DNA from: Eledone cirrhosa
Lineage: Eukaryota
Direction of reading: 5' to 3'
Length of the DNA stretch: 64,000 nucleotides
NCBI GenBank assembly: GCA_964016885.1
Contig: OZ024765.1
Span: forward strand, 12,524,001-12,588,000
In this document: positions 1 through 13,249 of the stretch, in pieces
Numbering within the stretch: the first letter of the stretch is position 1
Layout of the letters: the number at the start of each line of letters is the position of its first letter
Program-made: the position numbers and the translations under genes
Notes under the pieces: generated by a model
The model's database searches: none
Told to the model about the DNA's origin: nothing
Seen by the model: only the letters and a program-made list of their open reading frames with translations

Positions 1-810
1 GTTTGAATGCGTGTGTGTTTGAATGCGTGTGTGTGTTTGAATGCGTGTGTGTGTTTGAATGCGTGTGTGTTTGAATGCGTGTGTGTTTGAATGCGTGTGT
101 GTTTGAATGTGTGTGTGTTTGAATGCGTGTGTGTGTTTGAATGCGTGTGTGTTTGAATGCGTGTGTGTTTGAATGCGTGTGTGTTTGAATGCGTGTGTGT
201 TTGAATGTGTGTGTGTTTGAATGTGTGTGTGTGTGTTTGAATGTGTGTGTGTGTGTGTTTGAATGCGTGTGTGTTTGAATGCGTGTGTGTTTGAATGCGT
301 GTGTGTTTGAATGCGTGTGTGTTTGAATGTGTGTGTGTGTATGAATGTGTGTGTGTGTATGAATGTGTGTGTGTATGAATGTGTGTGTGTGTATGAATGT
401 GTGTGTGTATGAATGTGTGTGTGTGTATGAATGTGTGTGTGTGTATGAATGTGTGTGTTTGAATGTGTGTGTTTGAATGTGTGTGTTTGAATGTGTGTGT
501 TTGAATGTGTGTGTTTGAATGTGTGTGTTTGAATGTGTGTGTGTATGAATGAATGTGTGTGTGTGTATGAATGTGTGTGTGTGTATGAATGTGTGTGTGT
601 GTATGAATGTGTGTGTGTGTATGAATGTGTGTGTATGAATGTGTGTGTGTGTGTGTATGAATGTGTGTGTGTGTGTATGAATGTGTGTGTTTGAATGTGT
701 GTGTGTATGAATGAATGTGTGTGTGTGTATGAATGTGTGTGTGTGTATGAATGTGTGTGTGTATGAATGAATGTGTGTATGAATGAATGTGTGTGTGTGT
801 ATGAATGTAT
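1..810. repeat. Compound microsatellite (GT)n-TTGAAT/ATGAAT
   Basis: Visible tandem units such as gtttgaatgcgtgtgt, shifting to gtatgaatgtgtgt. Confidence 0.95.
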
Positions 811-1171
811 GTCCTCACAACAGTCAGAATTTAACCCTTTCGATAAAAAAAAAAAAATGTATAAATATGTATGTATATGCCTGTGGTGTATAAGTGTGCA
901 TGTATGTGGTGTATGTATATATATGTATGTGGTGTATATATGTCTGTATGTGTGCCCATCCTTCCATGGTGGAGAGGTAGAGGTACCTATTTCCTTTCCA
1001 GGTCTCAACACAATTTTTTTTCTATTTGTTTCTCAGTGTGAAAACCTGAGTTGAAACAGATATAATTTGGAAGGGTCATCATATTACCAATAAAACATGC
1101 ATCTTTCACTTTAGTTTTATTATTACTTAAGTAACTCGGCCCTTGTGGCCAATAAATGAAACTATTATCAC

Positions 1172-1882
1172 TTAACCCTTTAGCATTCACATTACTCTAT
1201 ATATATACTATTATATTTTCACAGTAAAGGCTTTACTTCACATAATATCTCACATAACATTCACATTACTCTATATATACTATTATATTTTCACAGTAAA
1301 GGCTTTACCTCACATAATGTCTCACATAACATTCACATTACTCTATATATACTATTATATTTTCACAGTAAAGGCTTTACCTCACATAATATCTCACATA
1401 GCATTTACATTACTCTATATATACTATTGTATTTTCATGGTAAAGGCTTTACCTCACATAATATCTCACATAACATTTACATTACTCTATATATACTATT
1501 ATATTTTCATGGTAAAGGCTTTACCTCACATAATATCTCACATAACATTTACATTACTCTATATATACTATTGTATTTTCATGGTAAAGGCTTTACCTCA
1601 CATAATATCTCGCATAGCATTTACATTACTCTATATATACTATTGTATTTTCATGGTAAAGGCTTTACCTCACATAATGTCTCACATAACATTCACATTA
1701 CTCTATATATACTATTGTATTTACACAGTAAAGGCTTTACCTCACACAATATCGAATCTATGAAATTTTGAAACTATTTATTTTGAGAACAATACCTTAA
1801 CATCAGTTTGAGCGACCAGTTACAGCCAGTTTCAACAGGAAGAGGTAGAGAATTATGGCCGGTTTGAACATTAAAAGGTTAA
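1172..1882. mobile_element. TTAA (piggyBac-like) MITE with an internal 72-bp tandem expansion (~8 copies)
   Basis: Starts TTAACCCTTTAGCATT and ends aacattaaaaggTTAA. 72-bp period (ctcacataacattcac at 1321 and 1681). Confidence 0.8.
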
Positions 1883-1897
1883 GTAACTAATTATTTC

Positions 1898-2124
1898 TTA
1901 ACCCTTTAGCATTTACATTACTCTATATTTACTATCATATTTTCATGGTAAAGTATTTATCTCATAATTATCTCTCATAATATTGAATCTATAAGATTTT
2001 CATATTACTTATTTTGAGAACAATACCTTAACATAAGGATGAGTGGCCAGTTATAGCTGGTTTGAAAAGAAAGAGGTGAGAGAATTCTGGCTGGATATGG
2101 CTGGTTTAAATGCTAAAAGGTTAA
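1898..2124. mobile_element. TTAA (piggyBac-like) MITE, ~225 bp, representative of a ~20-copy family
   Basis: TIR TTAA-CCCTTTAGCATT ... AATGCTAAAAGG-TTAA. Other copies near 9670, 11454, 18919, 21609, 21782, 23841, 24071, 26838, 31522, 34052, 35609, 38472, 42013, 43871, 46641, 51935, 56940, 61046 and 62484. Confidence 0.85.
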
Positions 2125-2568
2125 GTTAGTTTGGTAACTGGATAATTATTTTATTGCTCACCCGAGGCTGATTTTGGCTTGGTTTCTATAGCTGGATGCC
2201 CTTCCTAATGCCAACCACATTTACAGTGTGTGCTGGGTGCTTTTTGTCATGTCACCTACATGACCACATTACAGTGTGGACTGGGCACTTTTTTTGTGTC
2301 ATAAATATATATATATATATATAATCATCCCTGTTTTACGACTGTTTTTCCATGCTTGCATGGGTTGGACGGGTTCTTTCCAGCACAGCATGTCTCCAAC
2401 TGTGTATATACACACACACCTAAGTCAGGAGGAAGTGCAGCATCCACAACCTTTTTTCTTTTTTATTAGTGTGATGTAAGGTAGGGCTTCTGAAAAATTT
2501 TTTTTTTTTTTTAAATCGAGTTGCTGACCTGGAAGTAAAACCACTAAACAAATATATATATATCTTAC

Positions 2569-2664
2569 CTTTTTGTTCAGTTTCAGCCAGGTGCAAAAGC
2601 CTTTGCTGTCCTTGTATTGAAGGCCAAAAAACCAGATTTCCCGAAGTCCAATTGTTTTCACGAC
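2569..2664 (-). CDS. Moe: ERM gene coding exon, FERM F1 lobe ([32 protein letters not shown])
   Basis: 96-nt exon bounded by ctaattttag| and |gtaaga. It matches ERM residues 33-64 and ends in the K63/K64 pair of the PIP2-binding patch. The gene continues beyond position 1. Confidence 0.96.
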
Positions 2665-2935
2665 CTAAAATTAGAGAAAAATAATAAAAATACAGTTTAG
2701 ATGATGGAAATATTTTTTCTTAAATGGTTGGATGGGTCATGTTTTGAAGAAGAATGATTAAATCAAATCCAGTCGATGACCAGTGGAAGTATGTGGCCTA
2801 ATTGTAGGGGTGTTGTTGGGTTTACTATCAATGTCATGGGTTCAATTCCTGGACTGGGTTGTGTGTTGTGTTCTTGAGCAAAACTATGTCACGTTGCTTC
2901 AGCTTAAAATGAGTACCAGCAATAACTGGGGGTTT

Positions 2936-3415
2936 AGTAGTCTAGAGTTTATTGGTATGGCGGTGGTAGTAGTAGTCTAGTGTTTATTGGTATGGCAGTG
3001 GTAGTAGTAGTCTAGTGTTTATTGGTATGGCGGTGGTAGTAGTAGTCTAGTGTTTATTGGTATGGCGGTGGTAGTAGTCGTCTATAGTTTATTGGTATGG
3101 TGGTGGTAGTAGTCTAGAGTTTATTGTTACGGCAGTAGTCATCTAGAGTTGATTGTTACGGCAGTAGTAGTCTAGTGTTTATTGGTATGGCGGTGGTAGT
3201 AGTAGTCTAGTGTTTATTGGTATGGCGGTGGTAGTAGTAGTCTAGTGTTTATTGGTATGGTGGTGGTAGTAGTCTAGAGTTTATTGTTACGGCAGTAGTC
3301 ATCTAGAGTTGATTGTTACGGCAGTAGTAGTCTTGTGTTTATTAGTACGGCAGTAGTAGTCTAGTGTTTATTAGTACGGCAGTACTCGTCTAGAGTTTAT
3401 TAGTATGGTGGAGTT
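2936..3415. repeat. ~28-34 bp minisatellite (tagtagtctagtgtttattggtatggcggtgg)
   Basis: Visible tandem array lying between two related SINE-like fragments. Confidence 0.85.
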
Positions 3416-4035
3416 ATGATCATAATGTCGTGTGTGATTCCTGGGCTGGGTTGTGTGGTGTTCTTGAGCAAAACTATGTCATGTTGCTTCAGCTGAAAAT
3501 GAGTACCAGCAATAACTGGGGGTTTAACTCTGCGATGGACTGCCATCTTGTCCATGGGTGAGTCTTGTACTCTCCGCCATTTCAGGTCACAGAAATTTGG
3601 ATAAGTTCTGGCCTGATGAACCTCTGGGCTTAAGACTTTATTTTTATTTTATTTTATTTTATTTTATTTTATTTTATTTTATTAACTCCAGATGGATGAA
3701 AAGCAGTGTTGACCTCGGCGGGATTTGAACTCAGAATATAAAGGGACGTAACAACTGGTAGACAGTATCAGCAATGATATGACCAATGTAACTGTTTTCT
3801 TTGTCCGGCTTGAGAGTTCTACCCCATTCAGTAAGCAAATGAGGTCTGGGATCTTGTCACTTCGTTACTGCAGGCTGATTGACTCCTTTTGTGTGTAAGT
3901 CGGCAACAGACATAATATATCTTTGTGAGGAAGAGTTGAATAGAATGCAGTAAAACAACATGGAGGTTTAGCTGGTCTTCCAAAGAGGTTATTTCATAGG
4001 AGGTTTCTTGGCTGTTCCAATGATAGGCGCACCAG

Positions 4036-4571
4036 TCGTGTTCGTGTGTGTTCGTGTGTGTTCGTGTTCGTGTTCGTTCGTGTTCGTGCGTGTTCGTGTT
4101 CGTGTTCGTTCGTGTTCGTGTGTGTTCGTGTTCGTGTTCGTGTGTGTTCGTGTTCGTGTTCGTGTGTGTTCGTGTGTGTTCGTGTGTGTTCGTGTTTGTT
4201 CGTGTGTGTTCGTGTTTGTTCGTGTGTGTTCGTGTGTGTTCGTGTGTGTTCGTGTGTGTTCGTGTTCGTGTGTGTTCGTGTTCGTGTGTGTTCGTGTGTG
4301 TTCGTGTGTGTTCGTGTTTGTTCGTGTGTGTTCGTGTGTGTTCGTGTTCGTGTTCGTGTGTGTTCGTGTGTGTTCGTGTTCGTGTGTGTTCGTGTTCGTG
4401 TGTTCGTGTTCGTGTTCGTGTGTGTTCGTGTTCGTGTGTGTTCGTGTGTGTTCGTGTGTGTTCGTGTGTGTTCGTGTGTGTTCGTGTGTGTTCGTGTTCG
4501 TGTGTGTTCGTGTTTGTTCGTGTTCGTGTTTGTTCGTGTTCGTGTTTGTTCGTGTTCGTGTGTGTTCGTGT

Positions 4572-4605
<34 letters not shown>

Positions 4606-6643
4606 GTGTTCGTGTGTGTTCGTGTTCGTGTTCGTGTGTGTTCGTGTGTGTTCGTGTGTGTTCGTGTGTGTTCGTGTGTGTTCGTGTGTGTTCGTGTGTG
4701 TTCGTGTGTGTTCGTGTGTGTTCGTGTTCGTGTGTGTTCGTGTGTGTTCGTGTTCGTGTGTGTTCGTGTGTGTTCGTGTTCGTGTGTGTTCGTGTGTGTT
4801 CGTGTGTGTTCGTGTTCGTGTGTGTTCGTGTGTGTTCGTGTGTGTTCGTGTTCGTGTGTGTTCGTGTGTGTTCGTGTGTGTTCGTGTGTGTTCGTGTGTG
4901 TTCGTGTTCGTGTGTGTTCGTGTGTGTTCGTGTGTGTTCGTGTGTGTTCGTGTGTGTTCGTGTGTGTTCGTGTGTGTTCGTGTTCGTGTTCGTGTGTGTT
5001 CGTGTTCGTGTGTGTTCGTGTTCGTGTGTGTTCGTGTTCGTGTGTGTTCGTGTGTGTGTGTTCGTGTTCGTGTGTGTTCGTGTTCGTGTGTGTTCGTGTG
5101 TGTGTGTTCGTGTTCGTGTGTGTTCGTGTTCGTGTGTGTTCGTGTTCGTGTGTGTGTTCGTGTTCGTGTGTGTTCGTGTTCGTGTGTGTTCGTGTTCGTT
5201 CGTGTGTGTGTTCGTGTGTGTGTGTTCGTGTTCGTGTGTGTTCGTGTTCGTGTGTGTTCGTGTTCGTGTTCGTGTGTGTTCGTGTTCGTGTTCGTGTGTG
5301 TTCGTGTTCGTGTGTGTTCGTGTTCGTGTGTGTTCGTGTTCGTGTGTGTTCGTGTTCGTGTTCGTGTGTGTTCGTGTGTGTTCGTGTGTGTTCGTGTTCG
5401 TGTGTGTTCGTGTGTGTTCGTGTTCGTGTGTGTTCGTGTTCGTGTTTGTTCGTGTTCGTGTGTGTTCGTGTGTGTTCGTGTGTGTGTGTTCGTGTTCGTG
5501 TGTGTTCGTGTTCGTGTGTGTTCGTGTTCGTGTGTGTTCGTGTTCGTGTGTGTTCGTGTTCGTGTGTGTTCGTGTTCGTGTGTGTTCGTGTTCGTGTGTG
5601 TTCGTGTTCGTGTGTGTTCGTGTTTGTTCGTGTGTGTTCGTGTGTGTTCGTGTGTGTTCGTGTGTGTTCGTGTGTGTTCGTGTGTGTTCGTGTTCGTGTG
5701 TGTTCGTGTGTGTTCGTGTGTGTTCGTGTGTGTTCGTGTGTGTTCGTGTGTGTTCGTGTGTGTTCGTGTGTGTTCGTGTGTGTTCGTGTGTGTTCGTGTT
5801 CGTGTGTGTTCGTGTTCGTGTGTGTTCGTGTTCGTGTGTGTTCGTGTGTGTTCGTGTGTGTTCGTGTTCGTGTGTGTTCGTGTGTGTTCGTGTTCGTGTT
5901 CGTGTGTGTTCGTGTGTGTTCGTGTGTGTTCGTGTGTGTTCGTGTTCGTGTGTGTTCGTGTGTGTTCGTGTGTGTTCGTGTGTGTTCGTGTGTGTTCGTG
6001 TGTGTTCGTGTGTGTTCGTGTGTGTTCGTGTGTGTTCGTGTGTGTTCGTGTGTGTTCGTGTGTGTTCGTGTGTGTTCGTGTGTGTTCGTGTGTGTTCGTG
6101 TGTGTTCGTGTGTGTTCGTGTTCGTGTGTGTTCGTGTTTGTTCGTGTTCGTGTGTGTTCGTGTTCGTGTGTGTTCGTGTTCGTTCGTGTGTGTGTGTTCG
6201 TGTTCGTGTGTGTGTGTTCGTGTTCGTGTGTGTGTGTTCGTGTTCGTGTGTGTTCGTGTTCGTGTGTGTTCGTGTTCGTGTGTGTTCGTGTTCGTGTGTG
6301 TTCGTGTTCGTGTGTGTTCGTGTTCGTGTGTGTTCGTGTTTGTTCGTGTGTGTTCGTGTTCGTGTGTGTTCGTGTGTGTTCGTGTGTGTTCGTGTGTGTT
6401 CGTGTTCGTGTGTGTTCGTGTTCGTGTGTGTTCGTGTGTGTTCGTGTTCGTGTGTGTTCGTGTTCGTGTGTTCGTGTTCGTGTGTTCGTGTTCGTGTGTT
6501 CGTGTTCGTGTTCGTGTGTTCGTGTTCGTGTGTGTTCGTGTGTGTTCGTGTGTGTTCGTGTGTGTTCGTGTTCGTGTGTGTTCGTGTGTGTTCGTGTGCG
6601 TTCGTGTTCGTGTTCGTGTGTGTGTGTGTGTGTGTGTGTGTGT
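4036..6643. repeat. 2.6-kb satellite of mixed GTGTTC / GTGTGTGTTC units
   Basis: Direct reading. It accounts for the four ~870-aa low-complexity ORFs. Confidence 0.97.
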
Positions 6644-6756
6644 TTAGCTAACCTCATGTGAGGTCGTATCACACAGATTTCATAGGTTTCATGGGGGTTT
6701 TAATAAGGGTTATCGGTCCTAATGTGTTTGGCTGTGTATACATATATACAGGCATA

Positions 6757-6787
<31 letters not shown>

Positions 6788-6789
6788 GG

Positions 6790-6906
6790 GAAAAGATTCA
6801 GGACCCCGATGACTGAGCTCCGGCAGTTTCGAGAGCTAGATCCCGAAGTTCGGATCTAGCTGTCGAATTGGTCGGAGCTCAGCCGTTGGGGGTCCTGAAA
6901 CTTTTC
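6790..6906. repeat. Long imperfect foldback (~57-bp arms) following a (TA)n tract
   Basis: gaaaagattcaggacccc..ctgagctccg..agctagatcc pairs with ggatctagct..cggagctcag..ggggtcctgaaacttttc. Confidence 0.8.
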
Positions 6907-7115
6907 ATATTACCCACTCTACCACCCAAAGTATCGAGTACTCTGGTGCGTTATGGTATGGTCCACCCGGTTTCTTATCACACCCTCTTTGTTGTTATAT
7001 ATAACTGTTGTTACACCTCATACCTATGTGAATATAGCTAGCCTCATGAGAAGGGTTATCAGATTTCTTGGGTCTTTTGCTAGGAGTACCAGTCCTATTG
7101 TGTGTATGTGTCTTC

Positions 7116-7694
7116 ATATATATATCTATATATAAACATACATAAATATATATACATAAATATATATACATAAATATACATAAATATATATACATAAATA
7201 TATATACATAAATATACATAAATATATATATACATAAATATACATAAATATATATATACATAAATATACATAAATATATATATACATAAATATACATAAA
7301 TATATATATACATAAATATACATAAATATATATATACATAAATATACATAAATATATATATACATAAATATACATAAATATATATATACATAAATATACA
7401 TAAATATATATATACATAAAAATGATGAAATGAAATATACATACATAAATATATATACATACATAAATATATATACATACATAAATATATATACATAAAT
7501 AAATATATATACATACATACATACACATACATACATACATACATATACATACATACATACATATATATACATACATAAATATACATACATAAATATACAT
7601 ACATAAATATACATACATAAATATACATACATAAATATACATACATACATACATAAATATACATACATAAATATACATACATAAATACATAAAT

Positions 7695-7727
<33 letters not shown>

Positions 7728-7731
7728 TACA
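7116..7731. repeat. AT-rich compound microsatellite (TACATAAATATA)n/(TACA)n/(CA)n
   Basis: Direct reading. Confidence 0.95.
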
Positions 7732-8814
7732 TAGTGTTTTGTTATACCTCAAAGCTATACAAGTTTAGTTGGCCACATACTACTACTAGCAGCAGTAGTA
7801 GTAGTAACAGCAGTAGCAGTATTGTTTTAACACCACCACTACCACCAGCATCACTGCCCTTATCTTAGTTTTACACAGCATCCTGAAACACTCCATTACA
7901 GAGGATGTGATGTGATATGACGTGGTCTGGCTGTTCTTTAAGTTTTTACAGGGAAGAGCTTCATACCACACAGCCCACAGACCTTTCATACAGTGTATGT
8001 GTGTGTGAGTGTGAGTGTGTGTTCAGGAACTTACACAAAGTCATTTACAAGCCATAACTACCAAAACACCTCACACATATATATATATACTACACATCCT
8101 TTACATATATATACATACATACATATGTACACATGCACACATATATATTACACATCCTTTACACATACACACACACAAACACACATATATATATTACACA
8201 TCTTTTACATATAGACATATATACACATATGTATATATATATTTATTAAAATAACAGATTAAAGTTTAAGCAAAAAAAAAACAAAAAAAAAACGGGATCT
8301 TCTGAAACTAAAAAAGTCAATCTGTGAACGCAGCAGTAAATATTTCAAAAAACGTTGCAACCGAAGGAAGACAGGAATATATATATATGTATATATATAT
8401 ATAGCAGTAGTAGTCTAGAGTTTATTAGTATGGTGGTTGGAGTTATGATTATAATGTCGTGTTTGATTCCTAAGCTGGGTTGTGTGTTGTGTTCTTGAGC
8501 AAAACATTTCACGTTGCTCCAGTATTGCTGGTACTGAGAGCTGAAAATGAGTACTAGCAATAGGTGGGGGGATTTAACCCTGCAATGGACTGGCGACCTG
8601 TCCAGGGTTGAGTCTTGTACTCTGTTGCTTCAGGCCACAGAAACGAGGATAAACACCGGCCTCACAAGCTTTCTGGGTTAACACTTTAGGTAGTATAGTG
8701 TTTATTGGTACGGCAGAAGTGCAGTTTGGCATTTGAGCAAACCAGAAGGAGCAGTAGATATATAAATTCTGACTACCCACAAGCACGCAGACGCACACAT
8801 ATACAGTGTGCACC

Positions 8815-9212
8815 GAGAGAGACAGAGTGAGAGAGAGAGAGACAGAGTGAGAGAGAGAGAGAGAGACAGAGTGAGAGAGAGAGAGACAGAGTGAGAGAGA
8901 GAGAGACAGAGTGAGAGAGAGAGACAGAGTGAGAGAGAGAGACAGAGAGAGAGACAGAGAGACAGAGAGAGAGACAGAGTGAGAGAGAGAGAGACAGAGT
9001 GAGAGAGAGAGAGACAGAGTGAGAGAGAGAGAGACAGAGTGAGAGAGAGAGAGACAGAGTGAGAGAGAGAGACAGAGTGAGAGAGAGAGAGACAGAGTGA
9101 GAGACAGAGTGAGAGAGAGAGACAGAGAGAGAGACAGAGAGACAGAGTGAGAGAGAGAGAGACAGAGTGAGAGAGAGAGAGACAGAGTGAGAGAGAGAGA
9201 GAGAGTGACAGA
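8815..9212. repeat. (GA)n / GACAGAGT polypurine microsatellite
   Basis: Direct reading. Confidence 0.95.
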
Positions 9213-9283
9213 AAGAGAGGCAAAGAGCATAGAAAGAAAAGGAAAGAAACCTTAAACTAATTCCTTAATTGAAATGTTTTCAG

Positions 9284-9460
9284 TGTTGGTGGTGGTAGTG
9301 GTAGTGGTGGTGGTAGTGGTGGTGGTGGTGGTGGTGGTAGTGGTGATAGTAGTGGTGGTGGTGGTGGTGGTAGTGGTGATAGTAGTGGTGGTGGTGGTAG
9401 TGGTGGTGGTGCTGGTAGTGGTGGTAGTAGTGGTGGAGGTAGTGGTGGTGGTAGTAGTGG
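9284..9460. repeat. (GGT/AGT)n trinucleotide repeat
   Basis: Direct reading. Source of the poly-V/P/H pseudo-ORFs. Confidence 0.95.
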
Positions 9461-10939
9461 GTCATATTTGCTCTGTCCTTGCAACACATCAACAGTACCA
9501 ACCATTATATTACTGCCGTTATCTCTCTACCATCACTACACTGTAATGGACTTTCATGTAAAGGGAACAGATGGTTTGGTGTCCAGGAGTTAGGAGGGTG
9601 TACAGGACTGAGGGACAAACGCTGGTTTGTATCAGCTGGGCAGTAAGTACAGTCTTTTACTTTTACTTTTTAACCCTTCAGCATTTAAACCGGCAATATA
9701 TGGCCAGAATTCTCTCACCTCCATCTTCTCAAACCAGCCGGAACCAACTGCTCATACTGATGTTAAGGTACTGTTCTCAAAATAAATAATATCAAAAACT
9801 TGTAGATTTGATATTATGTGAGATAAAGTGTTTACCATGAAAATACATTAGTAAATATAGAGTAAACATCATCATCGTTTAACATCTATCTTCCACGCTA
9901 GCATGGGTTAGATAGAAATTGTCCCACTTGAGGCAAGATTGATCAGGTGACTGTGTCTTACTTGTAGAGGACTGTATCTGGCAGGTTTTCTTACAGCCGG
10001 ATACCCTTCCTAACACCAACCACATTTACAGTGTGGACTGAGAGCCTTTTTACCGTGTCTCCTACACAACAACTTTACAGTGTGGACTGTTGTTTTTTTT
10101 TTGTTGCGACACCTACATGACCTCTTGAGTCTGGACTGGATGTTGTGGTACCAACATAACTTTAGAGAGAAAGGGTGGTGTTGGTGGGAGTGGAAGGATG
10201 GAGTGGGTTGGGGTGTATATTTGGTTAAGAGGTGCCTTCTGACTGTAGGTTAACTTTGTACGTAGGGAAGGCGGGTCTTCTGCATCACTGCGTCGCGCCA
10301 AAGATCGCGATCCAGTGACATCTTAGAGAGGTGTAAGTATGCAAGGTCGGATTTTATCACGTCATCCCAGGTTTTTCTGGGTCTACCTACTCCGTAAACT
10401 TATTGTAGGTCATTCAGTCATTTGTGAAGGTTGTGGCCTAGTGGTTAGAGTAATGGGGCTCACTAGTATAAGGTCGTAGATTCAATCCCTGGATGGCGCA
10501 GCATGCTGTGTTCTTAAAATGCGAGGTTTCATTTGCTTTTTGTTGTAGGACTGGAACCCCTATCATTGAAACTCCCCCTGAGATGTAAACACGTGGGAAG
10601 CGAGCTATGAGCTCTAACAACATGCCAAGACTGGGGCCCCTATTGTTATAATACCCAAGAAACCTATGAGATGCAGCCTGATGGCAGACTAGCTAAACCT
10701 ACATATATATGAGATGTAACAACATGATAGGACTGGGGCCCCTATAATTAAAATACACAAGGAGAGTTCTATGAAATATAACCTCATAGGAGGTCAGCTA
10801 AATCTACATAGGTGTGAGCTGTAACAACATGATTGGACAGGATCCCCTATCATTAACCTTCTGGAGGCTGAATTTTTTTATGAATTGCTTCCCTTGATAC
10901 TGAATGATATATTAAGGGGAGATTATCGATATATAAAAA

Positions 10940-11160
10940 GATCAACTCGTGGTGCGAGTAGGTTATTCCTGGAAAGAAGGTTGGCTGATATGAGAAACAG
11001 AGGCTGGCCGTCAAAACGATGGCTTGATAATGTCAACTTACGGACCGGACTTGATCTTTGCTCTCTGTTGCTGGTGACCGAACTTTGTGGAGAAAAATAT
11101 CCCATGATACACAGTTTGCAACTGGCGGAGTTTAGCGTCACAAGAAGAAGACTATTGATG
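10940..11160 (+). mobile_element. RTE-like LINE C-terminal relic
   Basis: Translation RLFLERRLADMRNRGWPSKRWLDNV resembles the RTE ORF C-terminal motif (EG..RxRGRPxxRWxD). Confidence 0.55.
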
Positions 11161-11453
11161 ACTTCTGTCGCCCACAGCACCAAGAGGATTAAAATACCCA
11201 AGAAGCCTTCTATAATATACAACCTTATCTGGTGTCAGCTAAACCTACATAGGAGTAAGCTGTAGCAACATGACAGGGCTGGGGAAGCCCTCATACACAA
11301 GCCAGACCTCAGCAGAGTTACAACCTTGCAAATTTCATTCACTAAACATTAAGCGAATGCAAGGGTGTAACGGAGGAACTTGGCCAAAGGACTATGTAGT
11401 GACACCAAACCTGAGGTCACATGGTTGTGAAACAAACTTCTTAACCCATAAAG

Positions 11454-11647
11454 TTAACCCTTTAGCATTTAAACCAGCTATATCTGGCCAGAATTCTCAC
11501 CTCTTTCTGTTCAAGCTAATCATAACCGGCCACTCATACTGATGTTGAGGTATTCTCAAAATCTCAGATTCGATATTATGTGAGATAATGCCCTTACCAT
11601 GAAAATATAATAGTAAATATAGAGTACTGTAAATGGTAAAGGGTTAA
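11454..11647. mobile_element. TTAA MITE copy
   Basis: TTAACCCTTTAGCATT ... aaatggtaaagggTTAA. Confidence 0.8.
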
Positions 11648-13249
11648 CCCTCTAACAATCAACCATACCCGTGGCTATTACTGTTTTATCATTAACCAGG
11701 AGATCTGCCAGTCCAAAGGCTTATACTTCCCAGAACTGTAAATAGCTATCTCTCACACTATATAAGGATGTTCTTCCTGTTTAGCTTCCTAGACAATGGG
11801 GATTAAGGAAATATGAGGTCAGTCAAAAATATATCTCACCATTCCCCTCCCAACCATCATTGTGGGAAGTAATGACGTTAGGAAGAAAATATGTGGTTCT
11901 TGGCGAGCTCACAGGATGCACCAGTCACAGTCAGGCAGCCAGTTTGTGTGAAGGCTGCACTACTTCCCCATTGTATATCCTTTTCACCCCTTACTGCCCT
12001 AAGAAGAATCCTGTTCCTGAATACTGTGATAATTGGAGATGAGATGTGGGTGAACAGGTAAAACATGGACACTAAAGCTCAGTTATCACAGAGGAAGTAG
12101 CCAACTTCGGAGAAAATAAAACCCAGTCTACTCTGTAAAATGGTCATGCTGGTGCCACCACAAATGCACCCAGTCAACCTTGTAAGGTGGTCATGCTGGT
12201 GCCTCAACAAAAAGCACCTGGTCCACCCTGTAAGATGGTAATGATATTCATTGACAAAAACCACGCGATCCAGCCTGTAAGATGGTAATGCTGGTACCTT
12301 AACAAAAAGCACCCCGGTCCACTTTGTAAGGTAATAGTGCTGGAGTCACGATAAAATGGTCCCCAGTAAGGATGTTAAGTGGTTGGCATTAGAAAAGGCA
12401 TCCAGCTGTAGAAACCAAGCCAAAAAACAGAGTGACCAACCAAATCAAAGTCACCTGACTAGCATAGCCTCAGTATGTGACAACTCATCTAACACACACA
12501 AACAAGGAAAATAGACTTTAAATGATGACATATGCATGTGTGTACACACACACACACAATTTCCTCTGTACACTGGACAATCTATTCCAAAACAATTCAT
12601 CAAATAACCCACACCAACTACATATTGCCTGCAGGGATCAAAAGTGTTTTGTTGTTGCTGGTGTGTTGGTGACTTTTTTTTTGTTTGGTGGGAGAGCTAT
12701 TTGTCAAGTTTTACATATTTCTATGACAGTAGTGGTGCTAGGATTACAGTAAATTTAACATATTTGCAAGGTGAGACAATGACAACAACATTGCAAGCAA
12801 TTATTTAATTATTTAAATTTAATCAGAAACATGTCCTGTGACATTGCAAATGGCTTGGTTTACAGAAGAAGACAAAGAATGGGTAAGTGTGATATTATGA
12901 TAAGAGCTTAAGTGTTAATAAACTGGCTGGGCAAGAGACTGCAAGAGCATTTAGCAAGGTATGTAATGTGAGCAAAAAAGATTGCAACTAAACATGTTAT
13001 GCAAATTGGAAAACAACAGATGGTGGACAAAAGCATTTATCTGTTTTAGCAGAAGAAATAATAATAAAAAAAAAAATTAAATTTATAGTTCACATCTAAA
13101 TAGGTTTAGCTGGCCTCTGGCAATGTTGCATCTCGGGTTTTTTGGCTGTTTTAATAATAGAGGCCCCACTTCTATTATGCTGTTATTTCAGCTTTCATTT
13201 ATGCAGTTCATCAGGGTTCATATATTGCTCCATTTGATAGGGTTCACAA

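Noticed and set aside
3994-6672. Four ORFs of 867-892 aa (HTRT/VCVR-rich)
   Set aside because: Translation of a stop-free simple satellite that is open in several frames, with no protein-like complexity.
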